Shown here: positions 31,312 through 35,137 of the stretch, piece after piece
How the letters are laid out: every line of letters begins with the position of its first letter
How positions within the stretch are numbered: the first letter of the stretch is position 1
Source of the DNA: Octopus bimaculoides
Lineage: Eukaryota
Reading direction: 5' to 3'
DNA length: 35,137 bases
Assembly (NCBI RefSeq): GCF_001194135.2
Contig: NC_068987.1
Coordinates: forward strand, 108,439,710-108,474,846
Translations under genes and position numbers: made by a program
The notes under the pieces: model-generated
What the model saw: the letters and a program-made list of their open reading frames with translations, nothing else
Told to the model about the DNA's origin: nothing
Database searches by the model: none

Positions 31312-33052
31312 ATATTACAATTATCAATGCATCTTCCCTTAAACAGGGAAGACGTATGTCTAAATTTATCAATGTACGCTCCTTCTCTTTCTCTTTGTCT
31401 CCTTATTTCTTCTCCCATTCCTTTCTTTCCTTTTTATAATATAACACGACAATAAACGCAACAAATATAACTAAGATTACATTATTCAAATATTATAACA
31501 ATTTAAATAGGGACAGCAGCTGCAAGACACGTCTTTTCGCTGTAAACCAAACAATAGCAATGACATCGACATGATGATGCTGATGATGATGATGATGAGA
31601 AGGGGGAGTCCTTTTATTTACCATAGCTGAGCCAAATGATGAGCCATTACAAAGATATGTTACAATTTATAAAGGAGTGGGGTGAATTTGTGTATAATGG
31701 CTGACGATGTAAAATGAGTGAAGGGGAAAATGAAATGAACAATACACCTAGTATAGAATGTGTATGACATCCGACTCACAGAAATGGGAATTCTCCTATT
31801 CTACAGCCTCTTGCAGTAGAGGTATGCTTAGTGGTTCCCAACCAGGTCTGACTTATACTCTCCAAACTTAAAGAACGGACTATCCACATCGGTCGATTCA
31901 TCAGGTATGCACTTGCTCCATACTTTCCGTCTCTTAATGGCTGTTATTGCCTTTTCTCTCAACATCACAGCTTACGTAGAGAGCATCGATTGGCTATCCA
32001 TTATTGTCTCTAACCCATTGATCGCTCCAAACTGTTAAATGTCTGCTGAAAACCGCATAGATCTGCCAGGACACGAGTAACATGTGTCAGTCTCGGTTCA
32101 TCAAAGAACGAATTCTACTTTTGTTTCCACATCGTACCTCCGCCATCTGAGCCCATTTAACGGCGTTCTTTTCCCTTTGCTCTAGAGCATGAGCCCTAAC
32201 TATAACAAAGCAGCGTTCATGTTTCGCGTTGGAGAAATAGTCGAAGGTTATTCTTACCTGTAGCACGTTGGTCGCAATTTCCTTACTAATCCGAAATAGC
32301 TCCATATCCAGTATATTTCTTTCTTTACCTAGTTTTGTACTAATCGTTATCGTCTTATATTTAATTGCCTTTTTCAAGTTATCACGCCACCGGTTGTTGA
32401 CGATTGCTTCGATTAACCACCGCTTTACAATCTCTATAATGCTGTCCCTGTAATCTTTGTGAACAAGATGCTTTTAACCTCCGGTAAAGTAGTCTTTTCA
32501 TGTATATCATATCTAAGTCGGCTGAGAGGACAGTGTAATCGATCAGCTTAAATTATAAACATCCTATAATAAGTTTATCAACTGAGCTAATCAACACTCT
32601 ATCTCGGAATGGTTTGAATGGTTTCCTGAACATGAATTATTTCATTCTGAGGAGTTTCAGTTCACGTTCTACCGACCACATTCGTTTGGAGACAGAGTGT
32701 AGCTTGATTGGAAAGACGAGCTTCACAGACATTCATGTGTATCCTTCGCGTTACGTAAACGTTCCGTTCCTGAAAACTTTACCGTGACGGGCAAGTCAAT
32801 AATCTGAAACATATTAGCGATTAACATCCAAGTAAGATGGAAGCCAATGAAATATAGGCTTCTTGTAACGAAGTTCCACATTACGCTAAGTTCTTCAGGA
32901 AGGCAAGGTCTTAGTAACTTTGTAAATGCTTGTAGAACAAGCGATGACTAAACCTGCTCACCGAAGTCATTGTGAAATATCGGTATGTGTTGCATCACCA
33001 GTTGGTTCTTGCGTGCCATTAGCGTTGGTGCCTCGAGGTTTGTGTTGGTATC

Positions 33053-33128
33053 TAGATAGATAGATAGATAGATCTCTGCTCTATGTATGTATATATGTAT
33101 GTATCTATCTATCTATTCATTTATCTAC

Positions 33129-33207
<79 letters not shown>
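33053..33207. repeat. (AGAT)n followed by (ATCT)n microsatellites in opposite orientation
   Basis: Direct reading of the sequence. Confidence 0.93.
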
Positions 33208-33208
<1 letters not shown>

Positions 33209-33852
33209 TTAACTAACTAATTAACTAACTATGTTGCCTGATATACACCAGCACATTAAAATAAGAGTTGTTTGGTATGACTCTACAAGTCACTAAGATT
33301 TGAGCACCGAACGAGTACATAGAAAATACTTTTGTCACTGAGTGTATCTCGGATAAACTCAGATGGCAGCTTGTAGAGTTTTTGCCGAACTATCAGTTCC
33401 CTCCACCGAATGAGACGGTGGTAATTTGGCATGGGGCTGATTGGATATTCATTGTTTTGGCTTCATTACTATTTGCCACTGGAGGAGGCAAACACACACA
33501 TGCATGTACAGAACTATACATATAGAAAGAGTTGATGAAAGAGAGAAATAAACATTACACAAACATAACTAGACGCTGATACAAACAAACAGGGAGAGAG
33601 AAGGGGAGACAGTGAGAAAGAGAGAGAACGAGAGAAACATTAATGTGAGGGATATATTGATACTTTCTGATGTGAAATAAGTCAGTTCCAAATGAGTGAT
33701 ACCAAATAAAGGGCGCTGAAACGGCTATGGTAAAACATCCCATAGCCTTTCCTCCAGAATTAATGATGGACCACTCATTTTGGATTTTACACATTTTTTT
33801 TCCAACTTAAAAGTTCTTTAGATCGTTGTGCATAATATATCCTTCTAGATAG

Positions 33853-33889
33853 TGTCACTCATGTAAACGATTGTCACTCATGTAAACGA
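33853..33889. repeat. 19-bp tandem duplication TGTCACTCATGTAAACGA(T)
   Basis: Two adjacent copies. Confidence 0.9.
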
Positions 33890-34154
33890 CCAAATCTCTG
33901 TAAGATGGAAAAGTTGATGTTCCATAGAGCGGATTGTTTAACTTCTAGAGAACTATGAAGTCATGGAAACATCACTGAGACCAGATGCGCATTCTTACTC
34001 TACACTTGACGGAGAAACTGCAGTTCTGAGATGGGGTTGACAAAAACTGAAGACATTCCAGTACCTTCTTTGATGATAATTAATTATGATTACGATTATG
34101 ACTAATCGTAATAATGTTATAATTAATCGTGTTTCGTAATTTCTATACTATTTA

Positions 34155-34372
34155 GGGCGGCGAGCTGGCGGAATCATTGGCGTGCCGGATAAAATGCTTA
34201 GCGGCATTTCGTACATCTTACCGTTCTGAGTTCAAATGCTGCCAGATGAAAGGATTTGCCTTTCACCTTTTCGAGGTCGAGAAAATCAGTGTCAGTTAAG
34301 AAACACTGGGGTGGATGCAATCGACTTAACTACATTCCGAAATTCCTGGCCTTGGCCAAAATTGGAAAACAT
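34155..34372 (+). mobile_element. Family A-related SINE, diverged full-length copy
   Basis: GGGCGGCGAGCTGGCGGAATC...GAGTTCAAATGC...GCCTTTCACCTTTTCGAGGTCGAG...CACTGGGGTGGATGCAATCGAC. Confidence 0.88.
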
Positions 34373-35137
34373 ATAATACCTAATTATCTTTTATAGATAA
34401 TCTAATATCTGCTTATGATCTATAAACAATTTACAACAGATCATCAATGATAGATTAGTTTTTGACTATTTTCAATAACTAATCTTGAGTTTGCTTATGA
34501 TTTATAATTCTTTTTATAATAAACTGGGATTTATAACTTATTATAATAAATTATGAGTGATAGATTATTATTATAATAAATTATATAACAAATGCATATT
34601 AAATTATTTCATAACTCATGATTGATAACCAATTTTAGACTTAATTATGTTTAATAAATAATTTTGTATGTAATTATGATTTGTAAGTAATTCATCGCAA
34701 ATTGTGATCGATAAAATATTTTATATAATCTTTGTACTAAGTGTCATTTATAAATAATTTGGTAACTCATTAAGATTCATAAATAATGAATTAACTAAAT
34801 ATCATCTAATCAAACATTATACTTAATTGTGCTTTTAACTAACTGAAAACAAAAAAAAGATGTGATTAATGAACATCTAATTAATTTCGTGTAATTACGA
34901 ATTATAAGTAATTTCATAAAAATGTAGCTCGTAACTAAGATTATTTGTCTTTATGACGTATGATGTATTATAACTAATTATGATGAATTATAATTAATTC
35001 AAATTGTAGTTAATTGCATTGTCTTATTATGATTTAAATATAATTTTATAAGATTTATAATTAAAATTGAAAAAATACTTTTATGAATTATATTCGAAAT
35101 ATTCACTTAACTTCACGAAGTAAAATTATATATATAA

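Noticed and set aside
32087-32377. 96-aa minus-strand ORF containing a good CAG/GTAAGA donor
   Set aside because: No recognisable domain, TTG start, no acceptor tract; resemblance to a LINE C-terminus is too faint to call.
32541-32592. 52-nt pre-miRNA-sized hairpin
   Set aside because: 20-nt AU-rich arms with 4 mismatches and one G-U pair; too weak to distinguish from chance.
33555-33794. ORF with SGGKAMGCF...KYQYI faintly like the Tc1 GGGSVMVWGCF motif
   Set aside because: Too few identities and no flanking DDE motifs.
34089-34112. Perfect 10-bp stem with a 4-nt loop
   Set aside because: AT-rich; roughly one such stem is expected by chance in a window this size.

Overview
AT-rich, microsatellite-dense eukaryotic DNA with 9 N-gaps. 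The SINE complement resembles what I recall from Octopus genomes (inference, not searched). I find no intact protein-coding gene: the ORF track is mostly simple-repeat or gap artefact, or lies over transposon relics. The window is a transposon graveyard. It holds about 25 full or partial tRNA-derived SINEs in five families, which I label A-E (I cannot map them onto the published octopus names OK/OR1/OR2 without an alignment). It also holds decayed coding relics of an R4/Dong-type LINE reverse transcriptase (2.6-3.6 kb, minus), a Tc1 transposase N-terminus (10.6-11.0 kb), an RTE-like LINE 3' end (15.6-16.0 kb) and possibly a hAT C-terminus (12.9-13.4 kb), plus a hAT-type MITE (18878-19168). The most striking feature is a 625-bp insertion (20909-21533, minus) bounded by an 11-bp target-site duplication. 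It begins with a tRNA-like Pol III head and ends in a minimal type-I hammerhead ribozyme motif followed by a short tandem tail, so it is a candidate ribozyme-bearing SINE or retrozyme. A second, sequence-unrelated, decayed minimal hammerhead followed by AATAAA lies at 18751-18805. Other unexplained structures are an 84-nt near-perfect palindrome (14838-14921) and a 122-bp inverted repeat pair at about 91% identity (29688-29809 / 30261-30382).
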